DNA of 64,000 nucleotides, taken from positions 9,362,001-9,426,000 of the forward strand of contig NC_043020.1 of assembly GCF_006345805.1 (NCBI RefSeq), in the 5' to 3' direction. The position numbers and the translations under genes were made by a program. The notes below the pieces were generated by a model. That model saw nothing but the letters and a program-made list of their open reading frames with translations, made no database searches and had not been told where the DNA came from. Source of the DNA: Octopus sinensis (Eukaryota). Shown one piece after another: positions 12,328-23,548 of this stretch (position 1 is its first letter; each line of letters starts with the position of its first letter).

Positions 12328-12745
12328 GGCATTGGAGTGGCTGTGTAGTAAGTAGCTTGCTTACGAACCATATGGTTCTGGGTTCAGTCCCACTGCATGG
12401 CATCTTGGGCAAGTGTCTTCTACTATAGCCTCAGACCGACCAAAGCCTTGTGAGTGGATTTGATAGACGTAAACTGAAAGAAGCCTGTTGTATATATGTG
12501 TGTATATATATATATATTATATATATATATATGTGTGTGTGTGTCTGTGTTTGTTCCCCCCCACCCAACATCGCTTGACAACCGATGCTGGTGTGTTTAC
12601 GTCCCTGTAGCTTAGTGGTTCGGCAAAAGAGACCGATAGAATGAGTACTAGGCTTACAAAGAATAAGTCCTGTGTTCGATTTGCTCGACTAAAAGCGGTG
12701 CTCCATCATAGCCACAGTCAAATGGCTGAAACAAGTAAAAGAGTA
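12328..12745 (+). mobile_element. tRNA-derived SINE family B
   Basis: GGAGTGGCTGTGTAGTAAG head, internal (TA)/(TG) tract, 3' end GAAACAAGTAAAAGAG. Confidence 0.8.
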
Positions 12746-13017
12746 TTTAGTGTTGGCAATTAATTAAGCAGCGACTACATTAGGTGACAAAACGATCGTC
12801 TGTGCCAGTGGATGGCACCACTGCATCGAGTGATTTCACCATTGCTGCAGATCATCAGTGGCAGCCTGCCTCCCACCAAATGCTAGAATAGAAACCAGTT
12901 GAAATGATATTGCATGATAATGACCATACGACCAGTTACACCACGAAGAGCCAATGGTCAAATGGCCTACGAATGAATTACCAGCAGTAGCAGTGTTCGT
13001 CATGAATAAGTTGGCTC

Positions 13018-13387
13018 TCTTTACTCTTTTACTTGTTTCAGTCATTTGACTGCGGCCATGCTGGAGCACCGCCTTTAGTCGAGCAAATCGACCCCGGGAC
13101 TTATTCTTTGTAAGCCCAGTACTTATTCTATTGGTCTCTTTTGCCGAACCGCTAAGTGACGAGGACGTAAACACACCAGCATCGGTTGTCAAGCAATGCT
13201 AGGGGGACAAACACAGACACACAAACACATACATATACATATATACGACAGGCTTCTTTCGGTTTCCGTCTACCAAATCCACTCACAAGGCATTGGTCGG
13301 CCTGGGGCTATAGCAGAAGACACTTGCCCAAGATGCCACGCAGTGGGACTGAACCCGGAACCATGTGGTTAGTAAACAAGCTACTTA
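13018..13387 (-). mobile_element. SINE family B
   Basis: Reverse complement of the family-B consensus from head to ACTCTTTTACTTGTTTC. Confidence 0.85.
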
Positions 13388-14160
13388 CCACACAGCCACT
13401 CCTGCGCTAATAGCTAAATTATTATTATTGTTATTATTTCTAACAAAAATAAAGTGGTGAGCTGGCAGAATGTTTAGTGGCATTTCCTCTGTCTCGCCGT
13501 TCTGAGTTCAAATGCCACTGGGGTTATTTTGCCTTTCATTCTTTCTGGGGCGATAGGTACCAGTTGAATACTGGTGTCGATGTAATCGACTATACGCCTC
13601 CCCCAAAATTTCAGGCCTTGTGCCTGTAGTAGAAAGCATTATTTCTAATAAAAATTGTCTGAACTTCTCAGTTCCATTCTACACCGACTTGGGTCAGCTG
13701 CTTCAAGGGAAATAATTCGTTCTCCTTGCTTTACTAAGTAAGGCGAATCAGTTAGCTCCCTTAGGAAATCATTAAAAACAGAAAGCATTTTAATGTTCGT
13801 CTCGTGTTTTTCTGTGGAATGACGAAGAAACCGCCACCACCCCCCACACGCCACCACCGCCACACACTCACTTGAAAGAAGAGGACTATATTTATCGTAA
13901 AGGGTGGAGGATCTGCTTGGTGAACGATGATGAATAATAAGTTGGATAGAAGCCAACGGGCTAACTTCAACACGGCGCTCGATTTGCTAGAAACAGCAGC
14001 TAAAACCACATCCACTTTCGTCCATAAAAAAAAAAAGAGAGAAAAAATCTTAAAAAACTGTAATTTTCGACGACGTTGCTCATGGCTCTGTTCGGTCAAG
14101 ACTGACCTAGGGCTAAATTACAACAATTGACTGACAATTACTAACAGAATGCACATGAGC

Positions 14161-14575
14161 AGGCGCAGGAGTGGCTGTGTGGTAAGTAGCTTGTTTACCA
14201 ACCACATGGTTCCGGGTTCAGTCCCACTGCGTGGCACCTTGAGCACGTGTCTTCTACTATAGCCTCGGGCCGACCAAAGCCTTGTGAGTGGATTTGGTAG
14301 ACGGAAACTGAAAGAAGCCCGTCGTATATATGTATATGTATATATATATGTGTGTGCGTGTATGTTTGTGTGTCTGTGTTTGTCCCCCTAGCATTGCTTG
14401 ACAACCGATGCTGGTGTGTTTATGTCCCCGCTACTTAGCGGTTCGGCAAAAGAGACCGATAGAATAAGTACTGGGCTTACAAAAGAATAAGTCCCGGGGT
14501 CGAGTTGCTCGATTAAAGGCGGTGCTCCAGCATGGCCGCAGTCGAATGACTGAAACAAGTAAAAGAATAAAAGAA
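14161..14575 (+). mobile_element. SINE family B
   Basis: AGGCGCAGGAGTGGCTGTGTGGTAAG...GAAACAAGTAAAAGAATAAA. Confidence 0.85.
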
Positions 14576-15177
14576 AGAATGATCTCGTGATAATATCACT
14601 TCTAACAATACCAAGATGTGACGGTGGCGGAGGTGATGGTAGTAATAATGGTAGGTGGGCGTGATAATGGTGCTGGCGGTGGGGGTGATAGAGATGGTAA
14701 CTCAGAAATAACATTTTTATATAAAGTCCATTTGATGTCATTGGTACATTTTTTTGTAGAATAACTGAGATTGTATCACTCCATAGTAACTGAGAGACAG
14801 CAGCTTTTGTGATTATGCAGAGGAAGACAAATAGTGGTACAGCTACAGAACACAAACCACGTGATGACCTTTTCTTCATCTAGTTGTAGAGAGGTTATGC
14901 GCCTTTGGCCATTTGAGTCTGAAATGTCATCTATACTGCTAAGTGCTCTATAGGTGCGAAACCAATGGTTGCTCTATGACTGGCCATAACTGTTAACTTC
15001 CTATATATGTATATATATATATACTCTTTTACTTGTTTCAGTCATTTGACTATGGCCATGCTGGAGCACCGCCTTTAGTCGAGCAAATCGACCCCAGGAC
15101 TTATTCTTTGTAAGCCTAGTACTTATTCTATTGGTCTCTTTAGCCGAACTGCTAAGTTATGGAGACATAAACACAGC

Positions 15178-15511
15178 ATCATCATCATCATCATCATTGT
15201 TCGACTGTGGTCGAGACAATGGAATTTACCATGCTACGCCAGACTTCATGGTCCATCATAGCATTACGGAGGTCCTGTTGCTGGATGCCTGTATCCCTGG
15301 AGATTACATCAGGGTTGGAGAGTGTGCGCCCTCTGGTATTGCGAGTAGATGGCTTCCAGAGAAGAGGAGAAATTGCCTCGTTTTCAGCTCTACAACAATG
15401 TCCAGCAAACTGGACTCTCCTACCTTTCACAAGAGATGACACAGGTGGTAGTTTCCCATATATTTGCATTTTGGTTGGATGATGCTTCCATGAGAGATTT
15501 TGAGCTCTCAT
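15178..15511 (-). mobile_element. RTE-clade LINE 3' fragment (RT C-terminus)
   Basis: SWKHHPT..IYGKLPP.S.LVKGRRVQFAGHCCR....LLWKP...GRT....D...DL..AM.D..VWR followed by a (TGA)n tail. Confidence 0.7.
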
Positions 15512-15621
15512 ATCGTGTATCCTTCGTGTGTATGTGTGTCTGCGCGAGGGCGTCTCTGCTCCTTGTAGTGAAATCGTGTGAAAGCTGCAAACGATTGTCA
15601 GTCATAGTAATGTCATGATAG

Positions 15622-16045
15622 GGATCTTTTCGGTTTGAACGGCAGTTTTTTTCTAGCAGTGTCATATGAAATTGTCACCCATAATTACGACCCTAGTATC
15701 GATATATTGCATTTCAATCTGTTTTAGGGTTAGTGTTAGGGTGAGGGGTGAGGGAAAGGGTATCTTTTTTCTTCACAAATGTAAATAAACCCAATCTGTT
15801 TCTTAAACGAGGGACATATTCATACGGCACAGAATGTTTTCACCTCAATAGACGTCATTGATTGGTTGAAATTGCAGAAATTGAAGAAAAACAGCAACAA
15901 ATATCTTACAAACTATAGAATTTTCTCAATAAAGCCAAAAGAAAAAAGATGTTTTATAAACACATTCTACCAGTATACGAAGTTTAAAAGTGTTTAGTTA
16001 CGTGGAAATTATTTTTATAAACTGCCGGTCAAACCGAAAAGATCC
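15622..16045. mobile_element. MITE family B (TIR GGATCTTTTCGGTTTGAACGGCAG)
   Basis: Terminal inverted repeats GGATCTTTTCGGTTTGAACGGCAGTTT / AAACTGCCGGTCAAACCGAAAAGATCC; no TSD visible here. Confidence 0.75.
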
Positions 16046-16251
16046 ATGTATTTCTTATGTAAAAAAACTTTCTCAAATGCAATGAAATGGGCAAACAAAT
16101 ATGAACAACAATGCGATCATTCTAAAACACAATTTCTTTCCCTAATCCCAAATCAAACAATAACCAATGCAATATCTTTAAGGAATCATTTATTACTACC
16201 ACAAAATAACAGAAAAAGATCCATTCTGCATGTTAGATGAGTTAGGAAAAG

Positions 16252-17581
16252 TGGCGAGCTGGCAGAAACGTTAGCACGCCGGGCGAAATACTTAGCGGTA
16301 TTTCGTCTGCCGTTAAGTCCTGAGTTCAAATTCCGCCGAGGTCGACTTTGCCTTTCATCCTTTTGGGGTCGATTAAATAAGTACCAGTTACGCACTGGGG
16401 TCGATGTAATTGCCTTAATCCATTTGTCTGTCCTTGTTTGTCCTCTCTGTGTTTAGCCCCATGTTGGTAGTAAAGAAATAGGTATTTCGTCTGCTGCGAC
16501 GTTCTGAGTTCAAATTCCACCGAGGTCGACTTTGCCTTTCATCCTTTCGGGGTCGATTAAATAAGTACCAGTTACGCACTGGGGTTGATGTAATGACTTA
16601 ATCCGTTTGTCTGTCCTTGTTTGTCCTCTCTGTGTTTAGCCCCAGGTGGGTAGTAAAGAAATAGGTATTTCGTCTGCTGCGACGTTCTGAGTTCAAATTC
16701 CACCGAGGTCGACTTTGCCTTTCATCCTTTTGGGGTCGATTAAATAAGTACCAGTTACGCACTGGGGTCGATGTAATGACTTAATCCGTTTGTCTGTCCT
16801 TGTTTGTCCTCTCTGTGTTTAGCCCCAGGTGGGTAGTAAAGAAATAGGTATTTCGTCTGCTGCGACGTTCTGAGTTCAAATTCCGCCGAGGTAGACTTTG
16901 CCTTTCATCCTTTCAGGGTCGATTAAATAAGTACCAGTTACGCACTGGGGTCGATGTAATGACTTAATCCGTTTGTCTGTCCTTGTTTGTCCTCTCTGTG
17001 TTTAGCCCCAGGTGGGTAGTAAAGAAATAGGTATTTCGTCTGCTGCGACGTTCTGAGTCCAAATTCCGCCGAGGTAGACTTTGCCTTTCATCCTTTCAGG
17101 GTCGATTAAATAAGTACCAGTTACGCACTGGGGTCGATGTAATCGACTTAATCCATTTGTCTGTCCTTGTTTGTCCCCTCTATGTTTGGCCCCAGGTGGG
17201 TAGTAAAGAAATAGGTATTTCGTCTGCTGCGACGTTCTGAGTCCAAATTCCGCCGAGGTAGACTTTGCCTTTCATCCTTTCGGGGTCGATTAAATAAGTA
17301 CCAGTTACGCACTGGGGTCGATGTAATCGACTTAATCCGTTTGTCTGTCCTTGTTTGTCCTCTCTGTGTTTAGCCCCAGGTGGGTAGTAAAGAAATAGGT
17401 ATTTCGTCTGCTGCGACGTTCTGAGTTCAAATTCCACCGAGGTCGACTTTGCCTTTCATCCTTTCAGGGTCGATTAAATAAGTACCAGTTACGCACTGGG
17501 GTCGATGTAATTGCCTTAATCCGTTTGTCTGTCCTTGTTTGTCCCCTCTATGTTTGGCCCCTTGTGGGTAATAAAGAAATA
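16252..17581 (+). mobile_element. SINE family A heptamer (one head plus about 183-bp tandem units)
   Basis: GTTCTGAG recurs at 16501, 16684, 16867, 17050, 17234 and 17418; the array sits within a 17-bp TSD AGATGAGT(T/C)AGGAAAAG (16235-16251, 17582-17598). Confidence 0.85.
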
Positions 17582-17781
17582 AGATGAGTCAGGAAAAGCA
17601 TTTCATTTCTATTTTCCAAGGACAAGGATATCATATCTGTCTGCCCTACCTATAAGTCTTTTTCAAAGTGTATTGGATATATTATCATGAAGCCAGAAGT
17701 GGAAAGGCTCTCATATCCCTGGCAACATTAGAGTGCTAATGTCTCTGCTCATTTCTCACCCACTTCACAAACTGTATATTT

Positions 17782-19479
17782 CTACATTGATGAGTGATTT
17801 GCTACAGAAAGGGATGATTTTCCACAGATGTCATCATCGTGATATAGTTTTTCTTCAGAATGAACACATGCATGTTTAGTGTGAGAAAATGATTTACCAC
17901 AGATATCACAGCGATATGGTTTTTCCCCTGTGTGAATGTATTTGTGACTAGTTAATGCAGTACTTACAGAGAATGATTTACCACAGATATCACAGCGATA
18001 TGGTTTTTCTCCTGTATGAGTCCGGTAGTGTTTAGTCACATCACTATTTTGGGAGAAAGATTTACCACAAATATCACATTTATAGGGTCTATCTCCTGTA
18101 TGAATACGTCTATGAATTGTCAAATGAGCTTTTTGAGAGAATGATTTATCACACATCTCACAATGATATGGTTTCTCGCCTGTGTGAGTACGACTGTGAA
18201 CAGTTAAATGGCTTGTCTGAGAGAAGGATTTACCGCAGACATTACAGTGGTACAGTTTTTCACCAGTATGAGTATATTTGTGTTTAGTTAAACAATGTTT
18301 TTCAGAGAATGATTTACCACAGATATCACAGCGATATGGTTTAACTCCAGTATGGATACGTTTATGAATGGTTAATCCACTTGCATAAGTAAACATTTTA
18401 CCACAGATATCGCAGTGATGAGGTTTTGACCCTGTATGAATACGTTTGTGAACAGTTAATGGGCTTTGGTCAGTGAATGATTTACCACAGATATAACAGC
18501 GATATTGTTTCTCTTTTGTATGAATGCGTCTTTTGTGCATTGTTAATTTAATTGTTGCAGAATATGATTTGCCACAGATATCACAGCAATATGGTTTATC
18601 TCCTGAATGAATACGTTTGTGAAAACTTAATCCACTTCCATCAGAGAAAGATTTATTAGAATCACAGGGTTTCTCGCTTGAATGCATGTGTCTCTTATGT
18701 ATAGCTAATGGACTTTTTTGAGTGAATAATTTTCCACAGATATCACAGTGATATGGTTTTTCCCTTGTATGAATGCGTTTGTGAGCAATTAATGCATTTT
18801 TATAAATAAAGGACTTACTACATATATCACAGTTGTATGGTTTCTCCCCTGTATGAATACATTTATGAAGATTTAGTGGACTTTGTTCATTGACTGATTT
18901 ACCACAGATATCACAATGATACGACTTCTCTCCTGTATGAATGTATTTGTGTTTAGTTAAATTTCCACTGTCAGAGAATGATATTCCACAAATGTCACAC
19001 CGATATGGCTTCTCTCCTGTATGAATACGTATGTGGCGAGTCAGGCCATTTGTCCGAGGGAATGATTTACCACAGATATTACAGTGATATGGTTTTTCGC
19101 CTGTATGGGTACGTACATGATCAGCTAAGTTACTTCTTAGAGAGAATGATTTACCACAGATATCACAGCTGTGAGGTCTCTCTCCAGTATGAATGTGTTT
19201 ATGAGTAATTAACGTACGTATTCGAGTGAATGATTTGCCACAGATATCACAGCCGTGTGGCTTCTCTCCTGTATGTAGATATCTATGTTCAGTTAAGTAA
19301 ATTTTCACATTGAATGATTTACCACAGATATCACAAGGATATCGCTTCTCTGATTTCTCTCCTGTATCAATACATTTATGAGTAGCAAGGCTACCTTCCA
19401 GAGAGAATGACTTTTTACAGGTATCACAGTGGTATGATGGTTCCCCTATCTCTTCTGGCAATTCTTCGTGGAAATTCAT
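17782..19479 (-). CDS. Tandem C2H2 zinc-finger protein (ZNF-1, 565 aa, about 19 fingers, some degenerate)
   Basis: Repeated CxxC-x12-HxxxH with TGEKP linkers; in-frame TGA about 17 codons upstream of the ATG; no KRAB, BTB or SCAN domain in the ORF. Confidence 0.93.
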   Translation of the reverse strand: MNFHEELPEEIGEPSYHCDTCKKSFSLEGSLATHKCIDTGEKSEKRYPCDICGKSFNVKIYLTEHRYLHTGEKPHGCDICGKSFTRIRTLITHKHIHTGERPHSCDICGKSFSLRSNLADHVRTHTGEKPYHCNICGKSFPRTNGLTRHIRIHTGEKPYRCDICGISFSDSGNLTKHKYIHTGEKSYHCDICGKSVNEQSPLNLHKCIHTGEKPYNCDICSKSFIYKNALIAHKRIHTREKPYHCDICGKLFTQKSPLAIHKRHMHSSEKPCDSNKSFSDGSGLSFHKRIHSGDKPYCCDICGKSYSATIKLTMHKRRIHTKEKQYRCYICGKSFTDQSPLTVHKRIHTGSKPHHCDICGKMFTYASGLTIHKRIHTGVKPYRCDICGKSFSEKHCLTKHKYTHTGEKLYHCNVCGKSFSQTSHLTVHSRTHTGEKPYHCEMCDKSFSQKAHLTIHRRIHTGDRPYKCDICGKSFSQNSDVTKHYRTHTGEKPYRCDICGKSFSVSTALTSHKYIHTGEKPYRCDICGKSFSHTKHACVHSEEKLYHDDDICGKSSLSVANHSSM

Positions 19480-19758
19480 GGCTCTATAACATTTAATTTT
19501 CTCACGACAGTATATGGATACTTTTCATTTGTTTTTTCCCTTTCTTCTGCAATATTTCAATCGACTTTTATATATTTGCTGGTATTAGAAAAGGAGTGCA
19601 ATGTCCTTTTGCAAATTTAATTAGAATGCAAAACCATTTTGTACAAATTCCAGCCAATGAAAGAAATATTTCTCAGTTTTCTGTATAACCATTTTCTTCA
19701 GTCTTTAAATGACGATAAATATTGATGGTATAGCCTTAATGTTGATACCATTTAGTAT

Positions 19759-19775
19759 TCTGAAATGATAAAGAA
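19759..19775 (-). other. Conserved 3' splice acceptor of the ZNF-1 coding exon
   Basis: Minus strand ...tatcatttcAG|aatac; the same motif occurs at 31382 and 45210 upstream of the other two ZNF ORFs. Confidence 0.7.
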
Positions 19776-19836
19776 TTATGGTAAGATATTGAAGATAATT
19801 AAAAAGCAGAACTCAGCAATCAATCTTTACATTTAA

Positions 19837-20349
19837 CTAGCAGTATCGCCCGGCGTTGCTCGGGTTTGTAAGGGAAATAACTATATAAGCATTTTTAGAG
19901 AGTTACTTCCCTTATAGATGCCAATTCGGGCTTTCTTAGCCATTTCTGTTTTGGTGTCTTCAAGCCATGAAGTCGTTGTTCTAAAAGAACGCTGGTCTCC
20001 TTGACAACGCTTTACGACGTTGATTTCCTTACACTCCCTTCCCCACAGCTTCACGAGGGAGGGAAGAAGGGGGAGAAGCAAACAGGTGCAGGTGTGACTA
20101 TGGACGCCAACTCTGCCGCCATCGACACACGAAAAATTATGCATTAAAATGGAATAAAAAATGATGTTAAATTATTTTTAAAATCGTAGACTCATCGTAG
20201 ACGCGCACTAATACTCAGACGGGCTCGATATGAATCACGACTATAAGATACCCGAATTTGGTTAAACTGCACCGCAAAATGTGGGAGGAGTTAGGAATCT
20301 AAATCGAAGGGGACAGACACTCACACAACTACAGTTTTATATATATAGA
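19837..20349 (-). mobile_element. Non-autonomous Helitron (longer variant)
   Basis: A|TCTATATATATAAAAC...GCAACGCCGGGCGATACTGCTAG|T on the minus strand. Confidence 0.85.
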
Positions 20350-20454
20350 TTTGTCATTTGAATTACATCATACAAAATTGAGTGCGGTTTATATATTTAC
20401 AGACTATATACTGCATCTTCAGATTGCGTAACACTACATACATTACAATAAACA

Positions 20455-21230
20455 ACAGACATCAAAATCAATGGAAACTGCAGTTGTGATCCCTGAGCCG
20501 GTGGCACGTAAACAGCACCATCTGAAGGTGGCCGATGCCAGCGCCGCCTAGACTGGCTTCCGTGCCGGTGGCACGTAAAAAGCACCATCCAAATCGTGGC
20601 CGATGCCAGTGCTGCCTCGACTGGCTTCTGTGCCGGTGGCACGTAAAAAGCATCATCCAAATCGTGGTCGATGCCAGCATCGCCTCAACTGGCTTCCGTG
20701 TCAGTGGCACGTAAAAAGCATCATCCGAATCGTGGCCGATGCCAGTGCCGCCTCGACTGGCTTCCGTGCCGGTGGCACGTAAAAAGCATCATCCGAATCG
20801 TGGCCGATGCCAGTGCCGCCTCGACTGGCTTCCGTGTCAGTGGCACGTAAAAAGCATCATCCGAATCGTGGCCGATGCCAGTGCCGCCTCGACTGGCTTC
20901 CGTGCCGGTGGCACGTAAAAAGCATCATCCGAATCGTGGCCGATGCCAGTGCCGCCTCGACTGGCTTCCATGCCGGTGGCACGTAAAATGCACCAATCCG
21001 ATCGTGGCCGTTGCCAGCCTCGCCTGGCACCTGTGCAGGTGGCACGTAAAAAGCACCCACTACACTCACAGAGTGGTTGGCGTTGGGAAGGGCATCCAGC
21101 TGTAGAAACATTGCCAGATAAGACTGGAGCCTGGTGCAGCCTTCTGGCTTCCCAGATCCCCGGTCGAACCGTCCAACCCATGCCAGCATGGAGAACGGAC
21201 GTTAAACGATGATGATGATGATGATGATGA
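20455..21230 (+). mobile_element. RTE 3' UTR copy with 68-bp VNTR
   Basis: GTGGCACGT recurs at 20568, 20636, 20704, 20772, 20840, 20908 and 20976; ends CCATGCCAGCATGG...(GAT)n. Confidence 0.8.
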
Positions 21231-21514
21231 GATTATACATTATGTCTGGACTTGTCTCTTTGGTTGTTGTATCTTCAGGACTTACTCAAATGAATAGAGC
21301 AATGGCAGAGTTATGTTCTTAATATTCTTCGCAGGAAGTAGCCTCACTACTCATGGATGTAATCAAAGAGAAGCCATTTTCACTGATATCTGAGATAAAT
21401 AATTCCAGATGATTCTACAGCCGTTTTTCGTAACTTTCAATTTTCAATGAGGGTTTCAATGTTGTACCTTCGTCTTGAAGGACCAGGTAAACTATTCGAG
21501 CAATACTAAATATC

Positions 21515-21931
21515 TATTTCTTTATTACCCACAAGGGGCTAAACATAAAGGGGACAAACAAGGACAGACATAGGTATTAAGCCGATTACATCGACCCCAG
21601 TGCGTGACTGGTACTTTAATTTATCGACCCCGAAAGGATGAAAGACAAAGTCGACCTCGGCGGAATTTGAACTCAGAGCGTAACGGCAGACGCAATACCT
21701 ATTTCTTTATTACCCACAAGGGGCTAAACATAGAGGGGACAAACAAGGACAGACATAGGTATTAAGTCGATTACATCGACCCCAGTGCGTAACTGGTACT
21801 TTAATTTATCGACCCCGAAAGGATGAAAGGCAAAGTCGACCTCGGCGGAATTTGAACTCAGAACGTAACGGCAGACGAAATACCGCAAAGCATTTCGCCC
21901 GGCGTGCTAACGTTTCTGCCAGCTCGCCGCC
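21515..21931 (-). mobile_element. SINE family A dimer
   Basis: Full copy plus headless copy joined at AAAGAAATA|GGTATT; ATACTAAATATC occurs on both flanks. Confidence 0.8.
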
Positions 21932-22325
21932 TATCGAACTATACTAAATATCGAACTAGGAACATTTAAATATTTTATGCATGCTAATATTCATTTCAGT
22001 TCATTTCTAGAACTGGTCGTGAAGTTGATTATCTAAAGGATGTATTCAAAAATACGTATCAACATTTCCCTTTGGAAGTATCGTCGTGTACGTAAAAACC
22101 AGGACATGGAAATATTTTCTGCAAATTTATTATTATTTTCAGTTTAATATAATCACTGTATTCCTGCTGTCGCAACTTCGGTATAGGTACCGGAAGTACC
22201 GGATACATTTCAAGAAAGTTTTCTTTATATATGGGGCGGGGTGGGGGTTAAGGTTCGTGTTAGGGGTGGGTGAAAAGATGTAAACAAAGCCACTTCCGGT
22301 ACCTATACCGAAGGATCGCCAAGGC

Positions 22326-22750
22326 GGCAATCTTTCGTCTCTAGTAGACCTTTCTGTCGATTTCCGTAAATTTTTTTTTTTTTTTTACATATGGGCTTGC
22401 GGGAACTTTTGAAGTAATGAGAGCGAAAGAGACTAAGAGAAAGCGATTGTATGACGAGGGAAGTTCTTTTGAAGTTACCGTGCATGGGAGCATTGATGTA
22501 CATGTGTGTGTGTGTGTGTGTTTGATGGGGTGTGGGAGACAGAAAGTATGTTGTGTAAGTGAAGTGCTTCTGTTAGTGTGTGTGAAGAGACAGAGTAATG
22601 TGTGAAAGAAAGAGATAACTGAAATTTTTTACTCGGTGTATGTGTATATGTATGTATATTACTTCAAAAGTTCCCGCAAGCCCATATGTAAAAAAAAAAA
22701 AAAATTTTACGGAAATCGACGGAAAGGTCTACTAGAGACGAAAGATCGCC
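22326..22750. mobile_element. MITE family A (Merlin-like, about 90-bp TIR GGC(A/G)ATCTTTCG)
   Basis: Long TIRs; other copies show 8-bp TSDs. Confidence 0.8.
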
Positions 22751-22776
22751 TTAAAACAGATGTTTAATCAACTTAC

Positions 22777-22980
22777 CGTTTTCAAATGTAAACAATCAAT
22801 CAGTGTGTTATACATTTTCACCGAAGTAAATACCAGCTTGTTAGAATGAGGTTAACCAATGTTTTATCAACTTTATTCTACACAAATGTCGCAGGTGCTC
22901 CGCATTTCGACAATAAAATCATTCTTTGTCACAATAAACGAGTGAAGCTGACATTATGTCTCCAGCCGTATTTTCGATAT
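22777..22980 (-). other. Putative non-coding first exon of ZNF-1
   Basis: AAAACG|GTAAGT donor at 22777/22776; about 200 bp homologous to 33860-34075 and 61231-61450. Confidence 0.65.
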
Positions 22981-23208
22981 TAAATATTCTTTTCTACTCT
23001 AGGCACAAGGCCCGAAATTTTATGTTTTGGGTATTCAGTCTTCTGAAATATAGGGCAGACAAGGAAAGAAAAGAACAGAGAAGCATACACGTAACCTACC
23101 ATCATATCAAGCTGGAATTTGTATGTCCTTTATTTTTGACTTACTTCAGTCTATGAGCTGAAACTATGCTGGGGTATAATTATACCCTTCAAGGGTATAA
23201 CTGAACAG

Positions 23209-23548
23209 TGGAGGCGCAATGGCCCAGTGGTTAGGGCGTTGTGAGTGTTTATTGAGCGAAAACACCTAAAAGCTCCACGAGGCTCCGGCAGGGGATGGTG
23301 GTAATCCCTGCTGTACTCTTTCACCACAACTTTCTCTCACTCTTACTTCCTGTTTCTGTTGTACCTGTATTTCAAAGGGCCGGCCTTGTCACTCTCTGTG
23401 TCACGCTGAATATCCCCGAGAACTACGTTAGGGGTACACGTGTCTGTAGAGTGCTCAGCCACTTACACGTTAATTTCACGAGCAGGCTGTTCCGTTGATT
23501 CGGATCAACCGGAACCCTCGCCGTCGTAACCGACGGAGTGCTTCCAGC
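23209..23548 (+). mobile_element. tRNA-derived SINE family C (internal deletion in head)
   Basis: TGGAGGCGCAATGGCCCAGTGGTTAGGGC...CGACGGAGTGCTTCCA; homologous to 35415-35800 and 38605-38990. Confidence 0.8.

Noticed and set aside
16316-17581. Regular 183-bp repeats as a CRISPR-like array
   Set aside because: The units are contiguous SINE bodies with no unique spacers, the context is eukaryotic, and there are no cas genes.
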